Positions 42,394 to 52,028 of a stretch of DNA of 64,000 nt are shown here, piece after piece; positions within the stretch are counted from its first letter, which is position 1; every line of letters starts with the position of its first letter. The translations under genes and the position numbers were made by a program. The stretch is from an uncultured Candidatus Saccharibacteria bacterium (lineage in GTDB: Bacteria > Patescibacteriota > Saccharimonadia > Saccharimonadales > CAIOMD01), in assembly GCA_903859365.1 (NCBI GenBank), contig CAIOMD010000006.1, positions 22,152-86,151 of the forward strand. The letters are read 5' to 3'. The notes under the pieces were generated by a model. That model saw only the letters and a program-made list of their open reading frames with translations. It was not told the origin of the DNA and ran no database searches.

Positions 42394-43149
42394 ATGCTTG
42401 AAACTGGATACATAAAAGAAACAAATACTAAAATTGCCTTTGATAAGCAAGCACAACCACTTCTTCGCAATTCCCCAGAAATAACACAAGCGGTTGCTAC
42501 TTTCATGGAGAATACTCGATACCCAGAGCATTCCGTGGAGAATTTTAAACATCTCGGAACTGGCAACCACTCAATTGTGTACGGGTTTGGAACCATAGCC
42601 TTAAAGTTATCTACGGCATTTACGGGAAAATTAACCTACAGGTATGGCACCCCAATACCCCCAGAAAATTTAATACTGCAATCACAGTTCCTTACTACAC
42701 TTAGCAATCATATTCATCGGAATAGCATTACTGAAATATCAGTACCTAAACAATTTTTTGCTGCCCGATCAGCCAGCGGTAACTTTCTCTCACTTCATGA
42801 AAATTTGGAAGAAAAAATGACAATGTCAGAATGGATAATAGAGAATGAGTTAACCATTCCCGAGGAGATTGAATTACTCAATGCAACTAAAAAGAGAATA
42901 ACTACACAGCTTGGTTCATTCGGTTTAAAAAAGGGTTTGAATGACTTAGGACTCGAAAAAGGCGCAGCATTATCGAGTAGAAATATTATGATTGCAAGAA
43001 ACACTCTTGATCCAACTTCAGCTGAACTAAGTATTATTGATCAACCGAGTAAAGGAGCGATCCATTCCATAGGTGGAATTTTAAATAATATGTTTTACTT
43101 AAGCACAAAGAATGATTTTGAATCTTTGAATGATTTTCTTGACGTGTAA
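42394..43149 (+). CDS. Atypical protein kinase-like fold protein
   Basis: LGTGNHSIVY, ALK, NDL...RNIMI, IIDQP. Confidence 0.55.
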   Translation: MLETGYIKETNTKIAFDKQAQPLLRNSPEITQAVATFMENTRYPEHSVENFKHLGTGNHSIVYGFGTIALKLSTAFTGKLTYRYGTPIPPENLILQSQFLTTLSNHIHRNSITEISVPKQFFAARSASGNFLSLHENLEEKMTMSEWIIENELTIPEEIELLNATKKRITTQLGSFGLKKGLNDLGLEKGAALSSRNIMIARNTLDPTSAELSIIDQPSKGAIHSIGGILNNMFYLSTKNDFESLNDFLDV

Positions 43150-43255
43150 GTTTTATTAAAATAGTTTTTTAGGGTAAAAAATAACCGTTTAATTTGATAG
43201 TGTGTAGTAATTATTCTTTTACAAAAATAATTATTACTGTATAACTATAAGCATA

Positions 43256-45061
43256 ATGAAGTTGCAGACAAGGTTTATATTATTACTCCTTTTTATTTTT
43301 TTATCTGTTAGTGGAATAGTTGTACTGCAACGCTATTTTGATGTACAGCGCTCTCAGAGTTTACTCAGCTCAGAGCTTAAATCAAGAAAAACACTACTCG
43401 CTCAAGATTTAGTTTCAGAAGGAAAAACATTCGAAGCCCTACAAACTGATTATTCATTTTGGGATAACATGGTGTCGCTCGCCCAAGATAACCCAAAAAG
43501 TATAAATACTACTAATTCCGATTTCGCCCATCAAAACATTGATACCGCTCTTCCAACATTTGGTGCAGACATTGCTTGGGTATACAACACGAAAGGTCAA
43601 CTTGTTTATTCAGCCAAACAAGATACAACCTTTGCCCTCAACACCATTCCAATATCAAAAGCCTACTTTATGAATCTGGATAGCCATAAATTCCTCCATT
43701 ACTATGTACAAACAGCGCAAGGAACCATAGAAATTAGATCTGCAACTATAGTTCCGAGTAATGACCCAAATCATAACGACAGTGCCAGTGGCTATTGGAT
43801 AGTAGGAAGACTACTTGGAAATACATTTCTATCATCTATTAATGATCTCTCTCAAAGCACCAATCAATTAATAGGCACATCAGCTAACCACGTAGACAGC
43901 CGAACTGCTGATTCTGTTACTTTTTCGAGCGCACTACAAAATTGGGATGGTAGCACTGTTCAATACCTGTCGAGCTCCACTAAAGTGTCATCAATTGATG
44001 AATTGAATAGTCTTTATAAAAAAGAATTACTCGTCGTAGGATTACTTGGACTTGGCCTTGTTATGATCATCACATTTACACTATGGCTCATAATCCTAAA
44101 GCCACTGCAGATGATAACAAATAGTGTAAAGAATCAAGATCCACGATCTATCGATAAAATGGCAACCACAAAGACGCAATTCGGTGATTTAGCGGCAACG
44201 ATTCAAGGATTCTTTGAGCAAAAGGAGCAGTTAGAAAAAATATCTAGTGATATGGACAACGTTAATAAAGAATTACAGGCAAAAGATTCCGTAAAGGATG
44301 ACTTTATCTCGATGCTCTCTCACCAATTAGGCACCCCTTTAAGTGCAATGGAGGGCTTTTTGACCCTTATTGTTCAAGGTTTCTATGGGGAGGCAAATGA
44401 GAAAATAATGGCTGCCGTCCAAAAAACACTTACTCGTACCAAAAATATGAAGGCACTCGTATTTGATCTTCTAAACGTCAGTCGAATGACTGCAGGACAA
44501 TTTGTCATCGAGCGATCGGAAGTTAATTTGAACAACATGGTCAAAGACCAAGTTGATGAGTTATCGGTTGCGGCTAATGAAAAAAATATTTCACTCACGT
44601 ATCATGAACCAGAAAAGCCTTTACCTATGATGCAGCTCGATGAAGCAAAAACCCGACAGGTAATACTAAATCTTGTTAATAACGCCATTTTCTATACTCC
44701 TAAAAACGGTGAAGTCCATGTCTATCTTTCCCAAACTGATACTGAAGTCGAGTTTAAGGTTTTGGACAACGGCATAGGTGTTCCTGATGAAGCAAAGGAT
44801 AAATTATTTACAAAGTTCTTTAGAGCAGACAACGCAAAAGAGCAAAGTCCTCATGGAACAGGCATCGGACTCTACCTTGTGAAACGGGTTATCGACGATC
44901 AAGACGGAAAAACATTCTTTTCATCCGAAGCTGGAAAAGGTTCTATATTTGGATTTCGGCTACCTCTCAGCAATGATAAAAATCCAGTACCATCTGCTTC
45001 TCAAGAAGAAAAGACTACTTCAGATACTAAGATTGAAATAAAAGATTTGACCACTGATTAA
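43256..45061 (+). CDS. CHASE4 sensor histidine kinase
   Basis: DYSFWD (CHASE4), two TMs, SHQLGTPL H box, NLVNNAIFYT, DNGIG, GTGIGL. Confidence 0.93.
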   Translation: MKLQTRFILLLLFIFLSVSGIVVLQRYFDVQRSQSLLSSELKSRKTLLAQDLVSEGKTFEALQTDYSFWDNMVSLAQDNPKSINTTNSDFAHQNIDTALPTFGADIAWVYNTKGQLVYSAKQDTTFALNTIPISKAYFMNLDSHKFLHYYVQTAQGTIEIRSATIVPSNDPNHNDSASGYWIVGRLLGNTFLSSINDLSQSTNQLIGTSANHVDSRTADSVTFSSALQNWDGSTVQYLSSSTKVSSIDELNSLYKKELLVVGLLGLGLVMIITFTLWLIILKPLQMITNSVKNQDPRSIDKMATTKTQFGDLAATIQGFFEQKEQLEKISSDMDNVNKELQAKDSVKDDFISMLSHQLGTPLSAMEGFLTLIVQGFYGEANEKIMAAVQKTLTRTKNMKALVFDLLNVSRMTAGQFVIERSEVNLNNMVKDQVDELSVAANEKNISLTYHEPEKPLPMMQLDEAKTRQVILNLVNNAIFYTPKNGEVHVYLSQTDTEVEFKVLDNGIGVPDEAKDKLFTKFFRADNAKEQSPHGTGIGLYLVKRVIDDQDGKTFFSSEAGKGSIFGFRLPLSNDKNPVPSASQEEKTTSDTKIEIKDLTTD

Positions 45062-45072
45062 AAAAGAGTAAG

Positions 45073-45543
45073 CTATTTTTTTCGCCAAATTTGAAAAGAA
45101 AATAGAAGCTTATTTTGTTCTCTTTGGGGACTTTCATTCATTAAAGTAAATGAATCTTTAAACTTAGGAAAAAATTTAGTGCATGAGAAGTCTTTTTCAA
45201 TTTGCGTTACATAGAGTTCATCAGCGTACGCTAAGGTCTGTTCGTACAGTTGTGCACCACCAAGCACCCATACCGTTTCATCAGCGTGCTCACGTATAAA
45301 GGTCTCTAGGTCATGTACGAGGCTGAAACCCTGTCGAAGTGGCAGTGATTGGTGAGAAAGAACGTAATTTTTAGCGTCAATAAAAGGATGGGTGAGTTCC
45401 TCGTATACATGCCTACCCATGATGACTGTTGCGTTTTTAATCTGGTGCCTGAAATAGGTAGAGTCCTCAGGAAGGTGCCAGGGAATTCCTTGGTTATTTG
45501 CAATACCACGATGACTATCGATAGCAGCGATGAGTTTTATCAT
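45073..45543 (-). CDS. folA: Dihydrofolate reductase
   Basis: IPWHLPED, VIMGR, VLGGAQLYEQ. Confidence 0.95.
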   Translation of the reverse strand: MIKLIAAIDSHRGIANNQGIPWHLPEDSTYFRHQIKNATVIMGRHVYEELTHPFIDAKNYVLSHQSLPLRQGFSLVHDLETFIREHADETVWVLGGAQLYEQTLAYADELYVTQIEKDFSCTKFFPKFKDSFTLMNESPQREQNKLLFSFQIWRKK

Positions 45544-45578
45544 AGCTTTATAATAACAAATTACTGTTTTTTGTAGTG

Positions 45579-46595
45579 TTACTGTTCAGTAACAACGGCT
45601 GTGTCTGGTAAGCCTAATTTTTTAGCAAGTGTGCTACGTTGCCACTCTTGTACTTTTTGCAGGCCTGTACGATCAGTTACTTCCAGTACTTCACCAATTT
45701 CGACAATTGGATCGTCGCGATCCCAAAGTACAATGGGAACCACCAGCCCGTGCTTTATAATATCGGCAGTTCCATTAGATACTTTGCCCATTACAATACG
45801 CTCAGGCTCGTGATTATCGCCGTAGGTCACTTTATCTGTACTGCCAGTAAATGCAACATGGAGATATCGTCCGAGTGCGTGACGGCCCATTCTGCGCGCT
45901 AACTGATGCGGGCTTACTTCAAGCCATTCCTTTATTTCACTTCTCATTTTATGGTTATTCGCTTTAATGAGCTCATCAATATCTATAGTTGGTGCGGCAA
46001 GATGTTGCGCTTTTTTTTCTGCCTGAGTCTTTTTAAAACTATCAGTTAATTCCATGATCGTTTTTGTTCGAGGAAAACTTAAAAACACATTTCCAAGTTT
46101 CTGAGTTACTTCAGAAGCTGCAATGCCAAATGCCTGTACTGTCGTCACGCCACGACTAATGATCAGACCGTTATCTTTTTCCCACTTCTCGTGCTGTGTT
46201 GCTCCAACCCATGCAGCGTCATAGAGGGCAATATCTACCATCTGCTGGTGTGTTGTTAGACTAAAAAGATGTTTTCCTTCTTTTCTGCGTTGCTCAGCTA
46301 CACTCGTAAAGGCTTTCTGTTTTTCAAGTGCTTCTTTTATTGCAGGATAGAGTCTAGGTGAAGCAACGGACGCAAGTAAATCTATTTCCTCGAAAGTTGT
46401 AGGAGCGGGGGATAAGTGGGTGTATTCAATTCTTTGAGAAGGGTTAGCCGCAACATCGAAGGGAACTGCTGTGAAAAGTCCGTCACTGCTACTAATGTGC
46501 TTAAGCGTCGTTTCCGCCAGCGCATCATGTATGTCTTTACGATCTTGATAGTTCAATGATTCGTAATCAAACGAATGGAATGCTTCTCTAATCAT
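45579..46595 (-). CDS. Hypothetical protein, possible glycerolipid acyltransferase (HX4D)
   Basis: LTTHQQMVDI, FPR, VAFTGSTDK, VVPIVL. Confidence 0.5.
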   Translation of the reverse strand: MIREAFHSFDYESLNYQDRKDIHDALAETTLKHISSSDGLFTAVPFDVAANPSQRIEYTHLSPAPTTFEEIDLLASVASPRLYPAIKEALEKQKAFTSVAEQRRKEGKHLFSLTTHQQMVDIALYDAAWVGATQHEKWEKDNGLIISRGVTTVQAFGIAASEVTQKLGNVFLSFPRTKTIMELTDSFKKTQAEKKAQHLAAPTIDIDELIKANNHKMRSEIKEWLEVSPHQLARRMGRHALGRYLHVAFTGSTDKVTYGDNHEPERIVMGKVSNGTADIIKHGLVVPIVLWDRDDPIVEIGEVLEVTDRTGLQKVQEWQRSTLAKKLGLPDTAVVTEQ

Positions 46596-46628
46596 GTGTG
46601 ACAGTATAGCAAAAATGAATGCTTTAAA

Positions 46629-48800
46629 TTAATAAATTGTAAGCTTCGAGGAAGATGTTGCTGAACCACTAGGGCTTGTGACGACTATATATCCTGTAGT
46701 CGATCCAGCCGGTACCGTAAAGGTTATTGCAGTAGCGGTCTTAGTGAAAGAAGCAATGTTGACACCATTAAGCGTTACTTTGTTGACTCCAATGAATGTT
46801 GTTCCGTGGATTGTCACTGTTTTACCAACATGCTGTTTCGCTACTGATAAAGAGGAAATAACTGGAGCAGGGACCGATACAACAGCGTTAGAGGTTGCTG
46901 TACCACTTGGTGTTGTCACAACTAAATAACCCGTTACAGCCGTTGCTGGAATCGTCACTACTACTGCCTTTGCCGTTTTGCTAACAATCGTTAGCAAAAG
47001 ACCATTTAGGGTTACAGATGAGGTATTTAAAAGGTTTGTGCCTTTTATGGTGACGTTATGAGTCAGTACAGGACTTGGTACAGTTAATGAGGTTATCGAT
47101 GGAGCAGGATTAGGGTTAAGCGTGAAATTCGTAGTTGATGTCACGGAACCATTGGCTGTTACTATCTTAATAGGACCTGTTTGTGCAGAGGCGGGAACAG
47201 TAACAATAATCTTCGTTGCACTATTTTGTACAAATGTCGAAGTACTGTGACCGTTAAATGAAACAGAAGACGCATTACTCAAATTTGTTCCATTTATAGT
47301 GACTTGGCCACCGACTCCTGCGCTTGCAGTAAAGCTAGAGATAGTGGGACTTAAAACTGGTGGTGGAGTAGCTGAAGCTTTTCTAATAAGGTAAGCAGAA
47401 GCGTGAGAAGTACTTGATGCAGCATTCGAAGAAACATGCGCAACAATTTGCTTTGCAGATGTATTAGCAACTGGTGGCAATGTAAAAGCAGGAGCACCAA
47501 CGAAGATGTTTGCACTATCTAGCATACTTACTGACCAGCCAAAATTTGAATATTGCGAAGGAGATGAACCATAAATTTCATTACTTTGGGACCATGAAGA
47601 AGAAGCATTATTGAATAAATATGCTACTCCTGAGAAAGGTAAAACATTCGATGTAGTCGGGTCAACATAAGCATGGTTAGGGGCTCCAGCTAAGATCGTA
47701 TTACCATCTTGAGAAATTGAAATTGAAAACCCAAGCTCGTCATACGAAGCTCCATCCTCGCCCGTAAGCTCAGAAAGGAGGCTATAGCTTCCAGCATTTA
47801 AATTGTAGACAAAGATTGCTCCCTGAACAGTATTAGATCCAACTGATTCAGCTGGTGCACCGATAACTAATTCAGAATTGTCGCTCGATAGAGCCAAAGA
47901 AAGTCCGAAATTGTCAGTAGTAACACCTGGGCTATCGATCGAATAATTTTCATTTTGGATCGTTGTAGAATTATTCCAACCATCACTTGGTTTATCGAAT
48001 TCGTATACCTTCCCAGCATAAGGTGCTCCTATAAATATTTTAGATCCATCACTACTGACCACACCACTCCATCCGAAATTTTCATATTGAATTGGTGTTT
48101 GAGGTACTAGGATTTTTGTTTCATTAATTGGGCTTGGTATTGAGTTCCAGCCATCAACAGGTCTTACGAATAAATAAGCCTGACCAGCATATGCAAGTCC
48201 ATTAATTACCTTATGAAGCCCTGTTACTAATACCGTAGAACCGTCACTGCTCTGAGAAACTGCAAAACCATACTCGTCCATCGATCCTGTGTCACTGCCA
48301 AGAATTTCCGCTGTTTGTTGGGAAACTGATGGGCTCGCTGACCAGCCCCCTGTTGGTGCTTCAAAAACATACGCTTTTCCTTTTCCTATAGCTCCAACTA
48401 CTATCTGAGAGCCATCAGGAGTAATTGATGTAGAGGCGCCAAAAACATCATAGGAACCATTGTCGCTAGGAACGAGTGTAGTAACCAAATTCCAGCTTGA
48501 TCCGTTATTAACAAAAACGTAGGCAATACCATTATACGAAAGAGGGTTGGCAGAATAGTCTGGAGCACCTACAACTGCGGTCATCCCATCAGAGCTAAGC
48601 GAAACGGTATATCCAAATTCATCATATGCCTGAGGAGAGGGGTCCTGAAACTGTGTGGTCGTGAGTGTTGAGCTATCCGCATGAACAAATGTAGGTATAA
48701 ATAATGAAAAGCAAAGGGTAGACGCTAGTACTATACGTGTTAGGTTTACTGAAAAAGTATTTATTTTTTGTTTGTACCTTATTATATTGGTTCGTGACAT
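46629..48800 (-). CDS. Secreted FG-GAP beta-propeller protein with three IPT/TIG domains
   Basis: Signal peptide (VHA-D), seven FG.S...VGAP...G.AY repeats, three P.I.S...VTI.GTN...VT.P repeats. Confidence 0.9.
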   Translation of the reverse strand: MSRTNIIRYKQKINTFSVNLTRIVLASTLCFSLFIPTFVHADSSTLTTTQFQDPSPQAYDEFGYTVSLSSDGMTAVVGAPDYSANPLSYNGIAYVFVNNGSSWNLVTTLVPSDNGSYDVFGASTSITPDGSQIVVGAIGKGKAYVFEAPTGGWSASPSVSQQTAEILGSDTGSMDEYGFAVSQSSDGSTVLVTGLHKVINGLAYAGQAYLFVRPVDGWNSIPSPINETKILVPQTPIQYENFGWSGVVSSDGSKIFIGAPYAGKVYEFDKPSDGWNNSTTIQNENYSIDSPGVTTDNFGLSLALSSDNSELVIGAPAESVGSNTVQGAIFVYNLNAGSYSLLSELTGEDGASYDELGFSISISQDGNTILAGAPNHAYVDPTTSNVLPFSGVAYLFNNASSSWSQSNEIYGSSPSQYSNFGWSVSMLDSANIFVGAPAFTLPPVANTSAKQIVAHVSSNAASSTSHASAYLIRKASATPPPVLSPTISSFTASAGVGGQVTINGTNLSNASSVSFNGHSTSTFVQNSATKIIVTVPASAQTGPIKIVTANGSVTSTTNFTLNPNPAPSITSLTVPSPVLTHNVTIKGTNLLNTSSVTLNGLLLTIVSKTAKAVVVTIPATAVTGYLVVTTPSGTATSNAVVSVPAPVISSLSVAKQHVGKTVTIHGTTFIGVNKVTLNGVNIASFTKTATAITFTVPAGSTTGYIVVTSPSGSATSSSKLTIY

Positions 48801-48891
48801 AGTGCCTCGCTTTAATTAGATTAAAAAATAAACTCGTATCTACAAAAGTGATTGTACTCCAGGTTTAAACATAAGCACAAGAGGCAAATAT

Positions 48892-49587
48892 TTATTTGAG
48901 ATCTGAGGCATAACCAGGGAAATAATCAAAACGGACATGGATGTCGTCAACACCTATTTCTTTGATTGTCTGCTTAAGCGCTTCAACCATAGGTTCGGGT
49001 CCTGAAACAAAATAGGTAGGACTAGTGAAACGGTGCCCGCTTTTTATTAAATCATCTTTAGTGATAAATCTATCACCGTAGAAATATTCGATATGAAGAC
49101 CTGGATTCGAAGCCTTAATTAATTCAAGTTCATCTTTAAATGTTGTGAGCTCAGGGCTTCTATTTGCATAGAGCAGGGTAATGTTCATAGGAATAGAGCG
49201 ACTGATGAGATCTTTTAGTATCGCCCTAAAAGGAGTTATGCCAATTCCCCCAGCTACAAAAATAATACTATCTGGGCTCGAATCTAATACAAAATCTCCT
49301 TCTGGGGTATCCGCGATAATTTCTTCACCTGGCTGCATAGCCAAAAGGGCTTTTTTAAAACTGCTGCCTTTTTCACTAGTAAATCGAGTGGTGAGATGAA
49401 TATCTTTTTCTTCTGGAGCAGATGAAATCGTAAACCAACGTTCATCACCCCGATTGTCCATTGGTTCGTGAGGCAGGGTATAATGAATAAACTGTCCAGC
49501 GCTCCATTTCAAATTATTTTCGTTAGCAAAAACAAACGTAAAGCAATCTTCATGTTCTTTTATTTTTCTAACGAGCCGAAGTTTCAT
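48892..49587 (-). CDS. FNR-like FAD/NAD(P)H oxidoreductase
   Basis: AGQF, RWFTISS, AGGIGITPF, SGPEPM, FPGY. Confidence 0.9.
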   Translation of the reverse strand: MKLRLVRKIKEHEDCFTFVFANENNLKWSAGQFIHYTLPHEPMDNRGDERWFTISSAPEEKDIHLTTRFTSEKGSSFKKALLAMQPGEEIIADTPEGDFVLDSSPDSIIFVAGGIGITPFRAILKDLISRSIPMNITLLYANRSPELTTFKDELELIKASNPGLHIEYFYGDRFITKDDLIKSGHRFTSPTYFVSGPEPMVEALKQTIKEIGVDDIHVRFDYFPGYASDLK

Positions 49588-49590
49588 AAT

Positions 49591-50508
49591 TTATAAAACT
49601 CGGTACTGATCTTCACCATTTTTGAGCATATTTATAATTGAAGTTACGCCCATGTCACTGGCAATTTTATTTGCCATCATCGTGTTATACGCCGAGTGAT
49701 CATTAGGACTAAACCATGTGCTCAGTGGTAATTTGGTAAATGCTTCATTTGGTGCAGGGCAATCTACGGCAGCACGAAGTGTTCCTGCCTGAAGACGAGC
49801 GAGCAGTGGTTCAAAATCAATCACACTTGGGGAAACGCTTACCAGTAGTGCATCTTGCTTAATTTGATTAATAGTATCGGTATTAAATAATTTTCCAGCG
49901 CTATCAGGAATGGCGACAAAGATAATATCTGACTTAGAGCATAAATTTTCAAGCGATGAATAGTGAGCATTCATACCTTCTTTTTCACTGCGGCTATAAT
50001 AAAGCACTTCTTGAGGAGCAAATGCATTAACCATGGTTGCAATTTTGCTGCCAATATTTCCGGAACCGACAATCCCAATTGTTGAACCTTGCAGTGAGCG
50101 GGTAGATTCAAACTTTTTCTCACCCGTTCGACCAAGCTCGTAAAGATTTCGCTGCATCGACAATCCTACCGCAAGTGCAAATTCAGCTACCGCATAAGCA
50201 TTTGCACCAGGCGCATCAGCAATCATGATTCCTTTTGCTTGAGCAGTTTTCCATCCGGGAATAAACGCTTGGTAATCAGCGCCAGTGAAGGAAATAGCTT
50301 TAAGTGTATCAGTTGAAGCCAGTACTTCATCTGTAACGGTCTCTATACCACCAAGAATATAGCCAACCTTACCCTTAAGCGCTTCAATGAGTTGCTCACT
50401 TGTTGCAGTTGGCGTATCAAGCCGTTCAACTTCATACCCTGCATCGGCTAATTGTTTGATATGCTCGTCAAAAATAAATAATGAATCGGTGACTAATATT
50501 TTTTCCAT
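49591..50508 (-). CDS. D-isomer-specific 2-hydroxyacid dehydrogenase family protein
   Basis: PGANAYAVAE, GIVGSGNIG, C-terminal HSA. Confidence 0.85.
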   Translation of the reverse strand: MEKILVTDSLFIFDEHIKQLADAGYEVERLDTPTATSEQLIEALKGKVGYILGGIETVTDEVLASTDTLKAISFTGADYQAFIPGWKTAQAKGIMIADAPGANAYAVAEFALAVGLSMQRNLYELGRTGEKKFESTRSLQGSTIGIVGSGNIGSKIATMVNAFAPQEVLYYSRSEKEGMNAHYSSLENLCSKSDIIFVAIPDSAGKLFNTDTINQIKQDALLVSVSPSVIDFEPLLARLQAGTLRAAVDCPAPNEAFTKLPLSTWFSPNDHSAYNTMMANKIASDMGVTSIINMLKNGEDQYRVL

Positions 50509-50554
50509 ATTCTCAGTATTTTACTGCACTCAATAATAAAAGTATAGCGACGTT

Positions 50555-50752
50555 TTACCATGTTGTACTGAGGTTCGCAGTCGCTGTTTGCCACGTGGAT
50601 TGCTGAAGAATTTCATTACCATTAGCAGTCTTCGGTTTGTTGACTACATAAATAAGTGCACCAACCCCTAAAAAGAAAACGACTAAACCACTGAAGAGAA
50701 ATAGTTTAGTTCTGGTTGTCTGTCGGTAATTAGTTTTGTTATTGTGATACAT
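50555..50752 (-). CDS. Small membrane protein
   Basis: 65 aa with one TM. Confidence 0.45.
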   Translation of the reverse strand: MYHNNKTNYRQTTRTKLFLFSGLVVFFLGVGALIYVVNKPKTANGNEILQQSTWQTATANLSTTW

Positions 50753-50772
50753 TTAAAACTCCGAGCGGTGCA

Positions 50773-51024
50773 TTACTTTTTACGTTTATGTAAAAGATCC
50801 GATGAAGCAGAAAATAGCTTGAAAAGCGGCCCAGTTTTTTTCATAAGTTCCGATAGTTGAGATGCCTTATGAGTAAATTCTTCGATATTAGTGGCTGCTC
50901 TCATGATGGAACGCTGTAATTTAATAAAATTAACAAGAACAATTATTCCCAGGACTAAAAAGACAAAAAGAGCACTACTTAAAAATATAAGTAATATTTT
51001 TTCTGTACCATTAAGCCCCTGCAT
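50773..51024 (-). CDS. Small membrane protein with coiled coil
   Basis: One TM; start placed at MQGL, 7 nt after TATAGT. Confidence 0.6.
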   Translation of the reverse strand: MQGLNGTEKILLIFLSSALFVFLVLGIIVLVNFIKLQRSIMRAATNIEEFTHKASQLSELMKKTGPLFKLFSASSDLLHKRKK

Positions 51025-51132
51025 ACTATTGACTATATACCTGAACTTAGCCCTCAACAATGCCTATTGAAAAAAAATCCTGCTCGCTATACGCTTAATT
51101 TTAATAAATAAAATCAGATGCACTGAGGAATT

Positions 51133-51939
51133 ATGAGTGAAACATTACAAAATGGAGTTACAGAAAACCATAAATTAGATAGTTTTGATTACGAGAAAAT
51201 CCTACTCCTAAGGGAACAGCTATTTGACATGGTTCCCGCAGCTCTTGAGGGGTATAACAGATTACTTTCACTTTTACCTGGTGACAAATTTAATCAATGC
51301 GAGATGAACGAGGAAGAGCTCGCCACCGAATTTAACAAATGGCTTACTATTGAAAAGCTGGATTTCATTAAGTCGGCGCAGGAATTTAAACCTACTGTTG
51401 AATACCAGCTTGTTGCTTCGCCCAATGTCAGCATCAATAGAATAGATCTCCATAGAGTATCCCAAACATTTTGTCTTAAACACAACCTTGAGCTACGGAG
51501 TGATATGGCAGATTATTCTCCAAATCAATTAGGTGGAAATGATAGAAATAGAATCAATCCTAAAAAGATAAAGCTCCTTCTTATTCCAAGTAACATGACC
51601 ACCAAGATTGAAGGAGATATTTCGGATCAAAAGAAGGCTTTAGACCGCTACCAACAAGAAATTCCATTCCTAACGCTGCCAAGCCCCCTACAGTTTCTAG
51701 CATACCTCGAAACTCTCTACACCTTAGAATCATCAACATTAATGAAAAAAAATAGCTTAATCGCGGCTCCTCATATAGACCTGCCTTATGCAAATAGTGG
51801 TACAATGAAAAAACCTCACTATACCTCGGCAATAAGCTTTCTCGAAGGAGATCGACTACATCAGCTCCAAGTACCCGTTAACAACAATTTGTACACAAAA
51901 AGATTACGAATTGCTATAGGTGATTCCTTACCCTTATAA
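51133..51939 (+). CDS. Hypothetical protein
   Basis: 268 aa ORF, GAGG RBS; no motif recognised. Confidence 0.65.
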   Translation: MSETLQNGVTENHKLDSFDYEKILLLREQLFDMVPAALEGYNRLLSLLPGDKFNQCEMNEEELATEFNKWLTIEKLDFIKSAQEFKPTVEYQLVASPNVSINRIDLHRVSQTFCLKHNLELRSDMADYSPNQLGGNDRNRINPKKIKLLLIPSNMTTKIEGDISDQKKALDRYQQEIPFLTLPSPLQFLAYLETLYTLESSTLMKKNSLIAAPHIDLPYANSGTMKKPHYTSAISFLEGDRLHQLQVPVNNNLYTKRLRIAIGDSLPL

Positions 51940-52028
51940 TTTCTTTTTGTTTTCATATGCTTAAGGTATAATACTGCTAATGGTAATAGTTTAGTGGTAC
52001 TTAAATATGTCTAAATAACGAGGAAACA

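Noticed and set aside
51133-51939. 268-aa ORF just upstream of the MCP, about the size of CheR
   Set aside because: No T.FFR, SAGCSTGEE or CRN motifs, and a separate promoter lies between it and the MCP. A remote-homology search is still advisable.
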